Of a stretch of DNA of 64,000 bases, positions 1-10,180 are shown in pieces. Each line of letters begins with the position of its first letter. Position 1 is the stretch's first letter. The DNA comes from Spirochaetia bacterium (lineage in GTDB: Bacteria; Spirochaetota; Spirochaetia; CADAEX01): positions 83,726 to 147,725 of the forward strand of contig JAZURI010000010.1 in NCBI GenBank assembly GCA_045606105.1, read 5' to 3'. The notes beneath the pieces were generated by a model, which was not told the DNA's origin, searched no databases, and saw nothing but the letters and a program-made list of their open reading frames with translations. Position numbers and translations under genes: made by a program.

Positions 1-254
1 TGCTGCCCTGTTTCCCCGCCCGGAACCACGGCTCTGACCTTGATCATTCCGTACTGAGAAAGAAGCTTTTCCAGATAAGGAATCCAGTCCTTGATACAGG
101 CAATGACTATGTTGTCTATTTCAGGATGCTTCTGGAAGTTTTCCAGGGTATGGATAATAATTTCCTTGCCGTAAAGGCTGAGAAACTGCTTTGGCTTTGA
201 TCTGCTGTTCATCCTGCTGCCGGATCCTCCGGCAAATATAAGTACATTATTCAT
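1..254 (-). CDS. IspD/TarI-family cytidylyltransferase, 5' part only (runs off the window edge)
   Basis: Not in ORF track. Manual translation from ATG at 254: MNNVLIFAGGSGSRMNSRSKPKQFLSLYGKEIIIHTLENF...VVPGGETGQ, carrying the AGGxGxRM...PKQF and GG(E)T motifs. Context suggests TarI-like CDP-polyol synthesis. Confidence 0.85.
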   Translation of the reverse strand, partial: MNNVLIFAGGSGSRMNSRSKPKQFLSLYGKEIIIHTLENFQKHPEIDNIVIACIKDWIPYLEKLLSQYGMIKVRAVVPGGETGQ

Positions 255-266
255 AGATTGATCCCT

Positions 267-1715
267 TTATCCTCTGCTTAATCTTCTTTGAATCGCTTTC
301 AAAAAATCCATTATAAACCTGTTCTTTTCTAAAATAAGCATTATTCCGTAAACAAGCAATCCCGTAAAAATCGCAATTCCGGTACTGAGCCACATACCCG
401 GAATAAATCTGATACAGATATAAACAAATATACCCATTACAGAAGCATTGAACAAATACAAAAGAAAATATCTGCCTACTTGTTTCAGGTCAACGATTTT
501 ACGACCGTGATAAAACAAAAAAGCTGTATAAAATGTCTGCGAAAACAAAGTAGTGATTGCTGCCCCGTATATATTAAATTCCGGAATAAGTATCAGATTC
601 AGAATAAAATTCATACATACAGCGAGAAACAAACCGCAGAAAACTATTTTCTCCTTTCCTATTGGAATAAAAGTCTGTCCTCCCATCACGGAACTGAGAC
701 CGGATGAAACAATCAGCAGTGTCATTATCCTCATGGCCGGCACAGCAGAGATGTATTTTTCTCCGCAGAAAGCAGATATGGCCGCATGACCTACAAGAAT
801 CAGCCCCAGAAAACAAGGTATAGCCATCATAAGAAAAACATCGAAATTCTTATGTACAAGAGACCGGAATTTGTCTTCCTCTCCGGTCTGGACATAGTAT
901 GAAAGCCGAGGAACTATAACAGCTCCTACTGCAACTACCATAGTTAAAGTCAGACTGATTATCTTATGGGAAGCAGTATAAATTCCCACATACCAGTCTC
1001 CGCATAGAAAACCAAGCATTACATTGTCTATTGTCACATGAACAGTTACAACAACGGCAGTAGCAAATAAAATGAAAATAGGCTTCAGATGTTTTTTAAG
1101 CTCAAGCTTCTTTACCAGAGAAAAATCAATAAACTTCCGGCTGTAGAACCAGTTACATATATTCGAGCCGACATTTGAAATAACGGCAATAGAGGCGTAA
1201 ATGAGATAATCCTCAGGTTTTTTCACAAAAACATAAAGCAGGACAACACTCAGCACCTGAAAAAAGAATGCCCTGACTGTAATATATTTAAAATCCTCCA
1301 GTCCGCCGTATAACCACTCAAACCCCAATACAATAAAAAGGATCTTGGAACTGATCAGAATAATCAGGCTTCTGTATTCAGAGAGTTTAGGAACAAAAAA
1401 AACAGCGGCAAAAAGAAGAAAATAAGCTACCGCTGTCGAGCAGATATTGATTGTAAATATTTCCTTGGTAACCTTTGAAAGCTCTGCTTTATTGTCCCGC
1501 ACCTTGGCTGTTTCCCTGACTCCATAGGCGCCGACTCCTAAAGATGCAATCATAATAAAAAAATCTACAAAAGACCGGGCAAACGAGACCATTCCTATTC
1601 CTTCCGGCAAAAGAACTCTGGAAGCATAAGGAAATGTTATGATTGGGAAAAATGTGCTCATGAAAACTCTCATGGCGTTCAGAACTGCATTTTTCTTCAG
1701 TGACGGTGTTTTCAT
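267..1715 (-). CDS. wzx: Wzx-type oligosaccharide flippase
   Basis: 482 aa polytopic membrane protein; N-terminus SLKKNA...FPIITFPYASRVL..GIG typical of Polysacc_synt flippases. Confidence 0.85.
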   Translation of the reverse strand: MKTPSLKKNAVLNAMRVFMSTFFPIITFPYASRVLLPEGIGMVSFARSFVDFFIMIASLGVGAYGVRETAKVRDNKAELSKVTKEIFTINICSTAVAYFLLFAAVFFVPKLSEYRSLIILISSKILFIVLGFEWLYGGLEDFKYITVRAFFFQVLSVVLLYVFVKKPEDYLIYASIAVISNVGSNICNWFYSRKFIDFSLVKKLELKKHLKPIFILFATAVVVTVHVTIDNVMLGFLCGDWYVGIYTASHKIISLTLTMVVAVGAVIVPRLSYYVQTGEEDKFRSLVHKNFDVFLMMAIPCFLGLILVGHAAISAFCGEKYISAVPAMRIMTLLIVSSGLSSVMGGQTFIPIGKEKIVFCGLFLAVCMNFILNLILIPEFNIYGAAITTLFSQTFYTAFLFYHGRKIVDLKQVGRYFLLYLFNASVMGIFVYICIRFIPGMWLSTGIAIFTGLLVYGIMLILEKNRFIMDFLKAIQRRLSRG

Positions 1716-1720
1716 GAAAT

Positions 1721-2680
1721 CTAAAAAATAAAAAATACTGCCATCAGAAAAAACCTGTATTTCTGACGGGATGTAGTAAAAATATGATCATAATTATTCC
1801 AGATCATCTTCAAAGCCTTGATTCTTCCCGCAAGAGGAAGTTTCCTGGCTCTCATGTTAAAATAGAATATACAATCCTGTATTATTTTTTCCTGTCCGGC
1901 TGTTACTGAATAGCGTTTTTTCAGTTCATTGATATAATCAAACCGGTCTGTTTCATACTTTTTTCTTTCAAATATTCTGGAAATACAGGTCCTGATTAAA
2001 GTCAGTGTACTTCTTTTATTATGCTGTGTAACCTGAGTTGTATGCTGCCTGTACCTTGTTATTATATCAAAAGTATATCTTATTCTGTCTGAAAAACAGG
2101 AACAGAAAGCAAACCATGTATCATGAAAAGGAATATTTTCCGGTATAGGCAATGCTTTTTCAAAAAAACTACGGTGCATCAGCATGGATGCTCCCTGAAA
2201 CGGATTTCTGGTACAGAACAGTTTATAAAGAAGATTGTCCGAATCCTCAAACTTGTGCAGTCCCTCGGTTTCATTGAGATTTATCCCTTTGCTGTTATTG
2301 TTTTCATCAATCAGCTCTGCATTTCCGCATGCAATTAGATGACCTTGGATCAGATTCAATAATTTTTCCAGGTGTTCCGGCAGCCATATATCATCCTGAT
2401 CGCTCAGGGCTATATATTCTCCTTTGCAGAGTGAAATTGCTTTTTCAAAGTTCTTTTTAAAACCAAGATTTTTCTCATTTACATATAATTTGATTCTGGA
2501 ATCTTTACCGCAGTAATCCTTGATGATTTTTACAGTGGAATCCTTTGAACAATCATCACATATGATTAATTCAAAATTGTCATAGGTCTGGGTTAATATT
2601 GAGTCCAATTGTTCTGCAATATATTTTTCCCCGTTATAAGAGGTCATTGCAATGGATATCAGCTCATTTTTTTCAAGCAT
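1721..2680 (-). CDS. Family 2 glycosyltransferase, likely rhamnosyltransferase
   Basis: ISIAMTSYNGEKYIAEQLDSIL, DDCSKD, ALSDQDDIW, HD motif; adjacent to rml genes. Confidence 0.85.
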   Translation of the reverse strand: MLEKNELISIAMTSYNGEKYIAEQLDSILTQTYDNFELIICDDCSKDSTVKIIKDYCGKDSRIKLYVNEKNLGFKKNFEKAISLCKGEYIALSDQDDIWLPEHLEKLLNLIQGHLIACGNAELIDENNNSKGINLNETEGLHKFEDSDNLLYKLFCTRNPFQGASMLMHRSFFEKALPIPENIPFHDTWFAFCSCFSDRIRYTFDIITRYRQHTTQVTQHNKRSTLTLIRTCISRIFERKKYETDRFDYINELKKRYSVTAGQEKIIQDCIFYFNMRARKLPLAGRIKALKMIWNNYDHIFTTSRQKYRFFLMAVFFIF

Positions 2681-3516
2681 TTTTTAAGTGAATCCTTCCA
2701 ATAAGGTATTGTTATGTTAAATGTGTTTCTGAATTTAGCCTTGTCAAGAACCGAGTAGGCCGGTCTTTTTACCTTTGACGGAAACTCCTCAGACCTGCAG
2801 GAAAATATCCTGCATTTTGTGTGACCGGAAATCTCCGCAATTTCCTTTGCAAAATCAAACCAGGAGCATACTCCTTCATTGGTATAATGATAAATTCCAT
2901 CATTTCCGATAAAACCGTTGCTTTCAACCAGATTAAAGATTGCTGCGGCCAGATCTCCGGCATATGTCGGTGTTCCTATCTGATCATAAACCACTTTAAT
3001 ACTTTCCTTTTCAGCGGTAAGACGGAGCATTGTCTTTACAAAGTTGTTTCCGAAAGAAGAATAAAGCCATGCGGTACGTATTATAACAAAACGGCATCCC
3101 GATTCCTTTACAGCTTTCTCGCCGGCAAGCTTTGTCCGTCCATAGACGCCTAAAGGATTTACATCATCATCTTCCGAAAAAGGGAGATTCTTTGTTCCTC
3201 CGAATACATAATCGGTAGAAACATGCACCAGCAGTGCATTGCTTGAAAGAGCTGCCTCTGCAAGGTTCTTAACAGCGATATGGTTTATTCTGTCGGCCGA
3301 TACTTCATCATCCTCTGCCTTGTCAACTGCGGTATAGGCGGCACAGTTTATGATTACATCAATCTCTCTTTCTCTGACTGCTTCAAAAACCGCATTACGG
3401 TCTGTAATATCAAGCTCTGAAACGTCAGTAAAAAAATATTCGTTTGCGGAACTTACGACCAGCTGACGGATTTCGCTGCCAAGCTGTCCGTTTGAGCCGG
3501 TTACAAGTATTTTCAT
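2659..3516 (-). CDS. rmlD: dTDP-4-dehydrorhamnose reductase
   Basis: GSNGQLG, NCAAYTAVDKAE, STDYVF, YGRTKLAGE motifs. Confidence 0.95.
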   Translation of the reverse strand: MKILVTGSNGQLGSEIRQLVVSSANEYFFTDVSELDITDRNAVFEAVREREIDVIINCAAYTAVDKAEDDEVSADRINHIAVKNLAEAALSSNALLVHVSTDYVFGGTKNLPFSEDDDVNPLGVYGRTKLAGEKAVKESGCRFVIIRTAWLYSSFGNNFVKTMLRLTAEKESIKVVYDQIGTPTYAGDLAAAIFNLVESNGFIGNDGIYHYTNEGVCSWFDFAKEIAEISGHTKCRIFSCRSEEFPSKVKRPAYSVLDKAKFRNTFNITIPYWKDSLKKCLKKMS

Positions 3517-3522
3517 GTTACC

Positions 3523-4071
3523 TCAATCAAAAAGCCATGCATCCTTGAAAAGCGGATGCTTCTTATCCTTTTCTGAAAGAATTATATCCGCTGCCGGAAT
3601 TTTCCAGTCTATTCCCAACTCCGGATCATTCCAGATAATTGCACCTTCACTCTGCGGAGCATAATAATTATCGCATTTATACTGAAAAACCGCCTCCTCG
3701 CTGAGAACAACAAAGCCGTGGGCAAAGCCTTTAGGAATAAAAAGCTGGCGATGATTATCCTCGGAAAGCTCAATTCCGATATGTTTCCCGAAAGTCGGAG
3801 AACTTTTACGGATATCTACTGCTATATCCCACACACGCCCCTTTACTACCCGGATTAGCTTTGACTGGGTATAAGGAGGTTTCTGGAAATGGAGTCCCCT
3901 GAGTACACCGTAAGAGGATTTGGATTCATTATCCTGTACAAAGGTTGTTTTACAAACTTTTTCCTCAAATTCAGATAGGACAAAGCTTTCAAAGAAATAT
4001 CCTCTGTTATCTCCGAAAATCCTTGGCTCAATTATAAAAACACCCTCAATATCTGTCTTTATATAGTTCAT
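3523..4071 (-). CDS. rmlC: dTDP-4-dehydrorhamnose 3,5-epimerase
   Basis: DNRGYFFE, QDNES, LRGLHFQ, GFAHGF motifs. Confidence 0.95.
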   Translation of the reverse strand: MNYIKTDIEGVFIIEPRIFGDNRGYFFESFVLSEFEEKVCKTTFVQDNESKSSYGVLRGLHFQKPPYTQSKLIRVVKGRVWDIAVDIRKSSPTFGKHIGIELSEDNHRQLFIPKGFAHGFVVLSEEAVFQYKCDNYYAPQSEGAIIWNDPELGIDWKIPAADIILSEKDKKHPLFKDAWLFD

Positions 4072-4087
4072 TTATTATCCTTTCCGG

Positions 4088-5587
4088 TTATTTTACATAA
4101 ACCCCTTTATACATTTTCACTGCCTCTTTAGGATCTCCGTCAAACAAAATCCTGCCGTGATCAAACCAGATTGCTCTGGTACAGACTTTCTCTACAAAGC
4201 TTAATCCGTGGGTTACCACAATTACTGCCTCTGCATTTTTTATCATTTTCTGTATTGTTTCACTGGCTTTTTTCTTAAAAGAAGCATCTCCTGCACTTAA
4301 TGCCTCATCTATGATAAAAAGCTCAGGCTGAATGGCAGCTGCTATACTGAATCCTAACTTGGATCTCATCCCGCTGGAATAATTTTTTATCGGTTTTTCG
4401 GCATGTTCACCCAACTCTGCAAACTCCAATATTTTAGGCTGGAGTTCCTTCAGTTTTTTCCTGGGAATACCTATCATCATGCCGTTAAGCATTATATTGT
4501 CTTCAGCGGGAAGCTGATTATTAAACCCGGAACCAAGGCTCAGAAGGGCTGAAGTTTTTCCCTTAACCTCAAGTGTCCCTTCATTCGGCTTATAAATTCC
4601 TGTCAATGTACGACATAACGTCGATTTACCGGCTCCGTTATGACCGATAATTCCAACAATCTCCCCACGGTTTATACTGAAAGAGACATTTCTCAATGCC
4701 CAGAATTCTTTCTTTTTTATTTTAAATAAGATTCCGAGATTTTCAGCCTTAATGACACATTCATCCTTAATATCAGCGACAGTCTGTCTATACTCAGCAT
4801 CCTTTTCGATAGGCTTATTCAAAAGAGTTGTTTTTTTTATGGGAACAATATTTTTAAGATAGGCATCTGCAACTTCATTTGGTTTTCCTTCTGCTTTTAC
4901 AAATCCCTTGTCAATCCAGATTGCCCTTGTACAACGATTCCTTACAAACTCCATATCGTGGGTAACAATAACAATCATCCGTGCTTTGGAAATAAGCTCT
5001 TCCATTTTTCCGGCAGATCTCTTTCTGAATTCCAGATCCCCCGTACTCAGAGTTTCATCCAGAACCAAAGTCTCCGGAGCCAGCATAGCAGCAATACTGA
5101 AGCCCAATCTTATTCTCATGCCGGTTGAATATTTTTTCATGGGAACATCTATGAATTCCTTTAATCCTGAAAATTCAAGAATCGTTTCATAATACTCTTT
5201 CATCTGCTTTCGGGATAAGCCCATCATGGTTCCATTCAGATAAATATTCTCTTTTCCTGTCAGTTCAGGATTAAAGCCGGCTCCCAAGGCAAGAAGGGCT
5301 GATACACTCCCATTTATATCAATGGTCCCCTTATCCGGCTTAAGCAAACCGCCTAGAATACGACATAAAGTAGTTTTTCCGGTTCCGTTTGAACCGATTA
5401 CTCCCAGAATTTCACCGGAATATCCCTCAAAGCTTATGTCGTTAAGCACCCATTTTTTCTTTTTTTTAAAATTTTTGAGCCTTATTTTATTTAGAATATA
5501 AGACCTGAAATCTTCCCGATTCTTATCAGTATTGTAACAAAGCCCCAGATTTTTAGCTTTTATAATCAGTTCTTTTTTTTCTGTCAT
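4088..5587 (-). CDS. wzt: Wzt/TagH-like polysaccharide ABC exporter ATPase with two tandem NBDs
   Basis: Two full motif sets: GSNGTGKTT/YSTGM/LVLDE/VTHD and GHNGAGKST/YSSGM/FIIDE/VTHG. Confidence 0.85.
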   Translation of the reverse strand: MTEKKELIIKAKNLGLCYNTDKNREDFRSYILNKIRLKNFKKKKKWVLNDISFEGYSGEILGVIGSNGTGKTTLCRILGGLLKPDKGTIDINGSVSALLALGAGFNPELTGKENIYLNGTMMGLSRKQMKEYYETILEFSGLKEFIDVPMKKYSTGMRIRLGFSIAAMLAPETLVLDETLSTGDLEFRKRSAGKMEELISKARMIVIVTHDMEFVRNRCTRAIWIDKGFVKAEGKPNEVADAYLKNIVPIKKTTLLNKPIEKDAEYRQTVADIKDECVIKAENLGILFKIKKKEFWALRNVSFSINRGEIVGIIGHNGAGKSTLCRTLTGIYKPNEGTLEVKGKTSALLSLGSGFNNQLPAEDNIMLNGMMIGIPRKKLKELQPKILEFAELGEHAEKPIKNYSSGMRSKLGFSIAAAIQPELFIIDEALSAGDASFKKKASETIQKMIKNAEAVIVVTHGLSFVEKVCTRAIWFDHGRILFDGDPKEAVKMYKGVYVK

Positions 5588-6363
5588 CAGAGAGCCTTAA
5601 TTATCCTGTGTTCATTATCGCTGTAAAATTTAAACAAACCTAAAATAGCTGTTACAGAAATTGCAGCCAATAACAAAAGCAGTTTGAAATCCGGAAGCTG
5701 ATGATACATGAGAATATCCCTGTATGCCTGCAATATCCAGGCAAGAGGATTGAATTTAAGAACCCAGTGATATTTTTCAGGAAGAAATGAAACATCCCAG
5801 ATAACAGGGGCAACAAAATGCATTATTGTAACCAGATGTCCTACCACATTCTTGAAATCTCTGATAAATACGCAGATATATGAAAGAAACAGTGCGATTG
5901 CAAGCTGGAACAAAAGCTGCACTATCAGAACTATCGGAAGATAAAAAATATGTATAGTTGGAAAAACATGGTTACACAGTAAAAATATTTCTACTATCAC
6001 CAACCCGAAAAGAAAATTAATAGTCTGGGATATTGTGGTCCCGAAGGAAAAAATAGCCTTGGGCAGATATATCTGAGTAATTATTCCTGCCTTTGTTACG
6101 ATTGCATTTGTCGAAAGGAGAACCGAAGTGCTGAAATATCTGAAAACCACCATTCCTATAACAAGAAAACATGGATAATCAGCCCCACCCCTCCTCATAA
6201 TGATAACCACAAGAAAGTAATAAACAATAATACTCAGGAACGGATCAAGGAGCCACCATAAATAACCCAGAAATGTATTCCTGTTTTCTGCCTTAAGATC
6301 TGATGTTACCAGATAGAAAATAAGGTCTTTTCTCCGCCACAAATCTTCGATGTATTTTCTCAC
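5587..6363 (-). CDS. wzm: Wzm/TagG-like ABC-2 permease
   Basis: 258 aa; LGYLWWLLDP, IYLPK, NPL motifs; 1-nt overlap with wzt. Confidence 0.9.
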   Translation of the reverse strand: MRKYIEDLWRRKDLIFYLVTSDLKAENRNTFLGYLWWLLDPFLSIIVYYFLVVIIMRRGGADYPCFLVIGMVVFRYFSTSVLLSTNAIVTKAGIITQIYLPKAIFSFGTTISQTINFLFGLVIVEIFLLCNHVFPTIHIFYLPIVLIVQLLFQLAIALFLSYICVFIRDFKNVVGHLVTIMHFVAPVIWDVSFLPEKYHWVLKFNPLAWILQAYRDILMYHQLPDFKLLLLLAAISVTAILGLFKFYSDNEHRIIKAL

Positions 6364-6366
6364 TTT

Positions 6367-7437
6367 CTATTCCCTGTCTCCGTAGTTTTTCTCAATCCAT
6401 TTAAGGTATTCCCCGGAGCGGATTGAGCTGCTCCATTCTGTATTATCAAGATACCATCTTACTGTTTTTCTCAGCCCCTGGGCAAAATCCACGGACTGCT
6501 TCCAGCCCAGCTCACGCTTCAGCTTGCTGCAGTCGATGGCATAACGCCTGTCGTGTCCCGGCCTGTCCTTTACAAAGGTAATCAGCCCTTTTATCTCATC
6601 GGCATCGGCTCCTGTCTCCTCGGCAAAAATCTCGCAGAGGGCATGAACCAGACGGATGTTTTCCCATTCATTTTCTCCGCCGATATTGTAACTTTCCCCC
6701 ACAACACCCTTTTCCAGCACAGCCCAGACCGCACTGTTGTGATCCTCCACATAGAGCCAGTCCCTGATATTCTTTCCGTCTCCGTAAACCGGCAGAGGCT
6801 TCCTTTCCTGCATGTTGCTTATCATTACCGGAATCAGCTTTTCCGGAAACTGATAGGAGCCGTAATTATTTGAGCAGTTGGTCAGAGTAATCGGAAGTCC
6901 GTAGGTATGGAAATAGGCCCTTACCAGGTGGTCGCTTGATGCCTTGGAGGAGCTGTAAGGGCTTCTCGGATCGTAAGGGGTCTCCTCTGTAAAATACCCC
7001 TCTTTCCCCAGGGAACCGAAAACCTCATCGGTGCTTACATGGTGAAACCTCACATCCTTTCTCTCTCCCCATACGGAGCGGCATGCCTCAAGAAGGGCAA
7101 AGGTACCGTTTATGTTTGTCCTGATGAACTCTCCGGGTCCCATAATACTTCTGTCCACATGGCTTTCTGCCGCAAGATGAATGACAGCATCGATTTCATG
7201 CTCTTTCATTATGCGGATATTGTTTTCTGTATCACAGATATCGGCATGCTCGAAGAAATAGCGTTTTCCCCCTTCCCTTGCCTCAATGTCGGCTATGTTA
7301 AGGGGATTTCCCGCATAGGTAAGCTTATCCAGATTCACCACCTTTCCGTCGAAATCTGTCTTTTCAAAGATATATCGGATAAGGTTACTGCCTATAAATC
7401 CGGCACCGCCGGTGATAAGTATATTTCTGAATTTCAT
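6367..7437 (-). CDS. rmlB: dTDP-glucose 4,6-dehydratase
   Basis: [44 protein letters not shown]. Confidence 0.95.
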   Translation of the reverse strand: MKFRNILITGGAGFIGSNLIRYIFEKTDFDGKVVNLDKLTYAGNPLNIADIEAREGGKRYFFEHADICDTENNIRIMKEHEIDAVIHLAAESHVDRSIMGPGEFIRTNINGTFALLEACRSVWGERKDVRFHHVSTDEVFGSLGKEGYFTEETPYDPRSPYSSSKASSDHLVRAYFHTYGLPITLTNCSNNYGSYQFPEKLIPVMISNMQERKPLPVYGDGKNIRDWLYVEDHNSAVWAVLEKGVVGESYNIGGENEWENIRLVHALCEIFAEETGADADEIKGLITFVKDRPGHDRRYAIDCSKLKRELGWKQSVDFAQGLRKTVRWYLDNTEWSSSIRSGEYLKWIEKNYGDRE

Positions 7438-8312
7438 AACAGATCCTCAGCAATGAATTTAAGATATGTTCCGTAATCTGTCTTATATCCGGATGCAATC
7501 TCCAGAAGCTGTTCTTTTGTAATCCAGCCTTTTCTGTATGCAATTTCTTCGATACAGGAAACATAAAACCCCTGTCTTTTCTGTATTGCCGCCACAAAGT
7601 TGGTGGCCTCCATCAAACCATCATAGGTTCCGGTATCCAGCCATGCAGTTCCACGGCCTAGAAGCTGAACCTGAAGCTTACCCTCGTTCATGTAATCGTT
7701 GTTGATGGAGGTGATTTCTATTTCGCCCCTGGCTGACGGCTTGGTGTTCAATGCCTTCTGAATAACATCGTTAGGATAGAAATAGAGCCCCGGAACTGCA
7801 TAGTGGGATTTAGGCTTTGCCGGCTTTTCTTCAATGGAAACTGCCTTTCCATCTGCATCGAATTCCACTACACCGTAAGCTGTGGGATCCTTTACATAGT
7901 ATCCGAAAATAACTGCGTTATCTGTGTTTTCAATACATTCCCGGCTTTTTTTCAGAATACCTGTCATTCCCTGTCCGTAGAAAATATTGTCTCCCAGAAC
8001 AAGAACCACGGAATCATCTCCGATAAACTCCTGCCCTACAATAAATGCATCGGCCAGTCCCCTCGGCTTTTCCTGAACCTTGTATTCAAACTTCATGCCG
8101 ATTTTTTCACCGGAACCCAGAAGTTTTTCAAAAAGAGGCAGATCTGCCGGAGTGGAAATAATCAGGACCTCCCGTATTCCTGCCAGCATGAGCATGGAAA
8201 GCGGATAATATATCATCGGTTTATCATATACCGGAAGAAGCTGCTTTGATACGGCGTGAGTTATAGGGTAGAGCCTGGTTCCGGCCCCGCCTGCAAGAAT
8301 AATCCCTTTCAT
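7434..8312 (-). CDS. rmlA: Glucose-1-phosphate thymidylyltransferase
   Basis: [31 protein letters not shown]. Confidence 0.95.
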   Translation of the reverse strand: MKGIILAGGAGTRLYPITHAVSKQLLPVYDKPMIYYPLSMLMLAGIREVLIISTPADLPLFEKLLGSGEKIGMKFEYKVQEKPRGLADAFIVGQEFIGDDSVVLVLGDNIFYGQGMTGILKKSRECIENTDNAVIFGYYVKDPTAYGVVEFDADGKAVSIEEKPAKPKSHYAVPGLYFYPNDVIQKALNTKPSARGEIEITSINNDYMNEGKLQVQLLGRGTAWLDTGTYDGLMEATNFVAAIQKRQGFYVSCIEEIAYRKGWITKEQLLEIASGYKTDYGTYLKFIAEDLL

Positions 8313-8836
8313 TTGATATTTCCCTTTATAATAATATCATTCAGCCGGCATACACCGGTTATACTGTTTTTTTCTGACTGTTCGCTGACAATAACATATG
8401 TATCGTTATCCTCTGTTCCGGTGTAAATATCCGAGACAGAAAATTTAATGTTTCTTTTCACACAGGCATATTCCACCAGAAATTCCAGATCGCTTTTTCC
8501 CGCAAGAAGAACCTTGCCGAATCCCTGTTCCGCCGCCTGTTCCACCGCTTTTTCGATTTCGCTCCGATAAAAGGAAATGTCTGCCACTGTCTGCCTGAAG
8601 CAACGGTAGCTTCTTTTAAGGATTTCCTCCACTCCGGCCGGAGAAACCCGGTATCTGATATTTCTGCTGTTAACCTTTTCAATGGTCAGAAAACCCCGTT
8701 CCTCGAGATTCCTGAGCACAGCATTGGTCATTCCCAGGGAAATACCTGCCTTTTCAGCTATATCCCGCTGTTTTATTGAGTTATCGTTATAGATGTATTC
8801 AAGAATTGATGTTTCTTTTTCGGATGTAATGATCAT
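8309..8836 (-). CDS. Winged-helix (MarR/AsnC-like) regulator heading the polysaccharide operon
   Basis: QRDIAEKAGISLGMTNAVL HTH; ATGA overlap with rmlA; start moved to ATG 8836, which has GAGGT upstream. Confidence 0.75.
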   Translation of the reverse strand: MIITSEKETSILEYIYNDNSIKQRDIAEKAGISLGMTNAVLRNLEERGFLTIEKVNSRNIRYRVSPAGVEEILKRSYRCFRQTVADISFYRSEIEKAVEQAAEQGFGKVLLAGKSDLEFLVEYACVKRNIKFSVSDIYTGTEDNDTYVIVSEQSEKNSITGVCRLNDIIIKGNIK

Positions 8837-9002
8837 AAAAGGGCATACCTCGCCCGTTGTCATTCCTGAGATCATGGACCGAAGGCTCGGAAACGCCGCC
8901 GGAACAGGCTGTTTCTCCGCACAACAGATTGAGTTGTTCAATTATAGAACATTTTACTTTATTTGTTTTTATAAATCAATAATTATTTGATATATATAAT
9001 AT

Positions 9003-9029
9003 AAAAAAAGGAGCTCTCAGAGCTCCTTT
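9003..9029 (-). terminator. Intrinsic terminator of ahcY-metK
   Basis: Stem AAAGGAGCTC-tca-GAGCTCCTTT (9007-9029) with a U-tract on the minus strand. Confidence 0.7.
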
Positions 9030-10171
9030 CTTATTGCTTCTGCCATATCTGTCTTTTCCCAGGAAAAAATATCCCGGCCGAAATGACCGTAGGCTGATGT
9101 CTTCTGGTAAATCGGCTTCTTGAGATCCAGAGTCCGGACAATTCCTGCCGGTGAAAGATCAAAGAGCTTCCTTACAGCCTTTTCGATGCCCTTTTCCTCA
9201 ACCTGTGCGGTTCCGAAGGTATTTACCATTACAGAAACGGGAAACGGTACTCCGATGGCATATGCCAGCTGTACCTCGCATCTTGTACAGACTCCCGATG
9301 CCACTATGTTCTTGGCTATGTATCTGGCCATGTAGGCTGCAGATCTGTCCACCTTGCTTGGGTCCTTCCCAGAGAAGGCACCTCCTCCGTGACGCCCCAT
9401 TCCGCCGTAGGTATCAACTATGATCTTGCGGCCTGTAAGACCGGTATCTCCGTGAGGTCCGCCGATAACAAAACGCCCTGTAGGATTGATGAAATACTTG
9501 ATGTCTTCGGTTCCGAAATCGGCCTCTGTCAGCACCGGATTGATTATGTCGGAAATGATGGTATCCCTGATTTCGTCATAGCTTATATCCTCATCATGCT
9601 GATGGGAAACAACCACGGTATCAATTCTTTTCGGAACAAAGCCCTCGTATTCTATGGTTACCTGGCTCTTGGCATCCGGTCTGAGCCATTTTATTGCCTT
9701 GCTCTTTCTCAGTGCTGCTGCCCTGATAAGAATCTTGTGAGCCAGCATGATAGGAGCCGGCATAAGCTCCTTGGTCTCATTGCAGGCAAATCCGAACATG
9801 AGCCCCTGGTCCCCGGCTCCCTGCTCCCCTTTGTAGAGACCTGTTCCGGAAACTCCCTGGGAAATGTCCGGCGACTGGTTGTGGATAACATTGAGAACTG
9901 CCATGGAATCGCAGTCCAGGCCGTAATCTGCCTTTGTATATCCGATATCCCTTGCCACTTCGCGGGCAATCTGCTGGATATCCACATATGTTTCGGTGGT
10001 TATTTCCCCTCCGATGAGCACCATTCCTGTGGTTGCAAAACATTCGCAGGCCACCCTTGATTCGGGATCCTCCCTGAGACACGCATCCAGAACTCCGTCT
10101 GAGATCTGGTCACAAAGCTTGTCGGGATGCCCTTCGCCCACCGATTCCGATGTAAAAAGATAATTCTTCAT
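9017..10171 (-). CDS. metK: S-adenosylmethionine synthetase
   Basis: [28 protein letters not shown]. Confidence 0.97.
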   Translation of the reverse strand: MKNYLFTSESVGEGHPDKLCDQISDGVLDACLREDPESRVACECFATTGMVLIGGEITTETYVDIQQIAREVARDIGYTKADYGLDCDSMAVLNVIHNQSPDISQGVSGTGLYKGEQGAGDQGLMFGFACNETKELMPAPIMLAHKILIRAAALRKSKAIKWLRPDAKSQVTIEYEGFVPKRIDTVVVSHQHDEDISYDEIRDTIISDIINPVLTEADFGTEDIKYFINPTGRFVIGGPHGDTGLTGRKIIVDTYGGMGRHGGGAFSGKDPSKVDRSAAYMARYIAKNIVASGVCTRCEVQLAYAIGVPFPVSVMVNTFGTAQVEEKGIEKAVRKLFDLSPAGIVRTLDLKKPIYQKTSAYGHFGRDIFSWEKTDMAEAIRKEL

Positions 10172-10180
10172 TCCTTTTCC

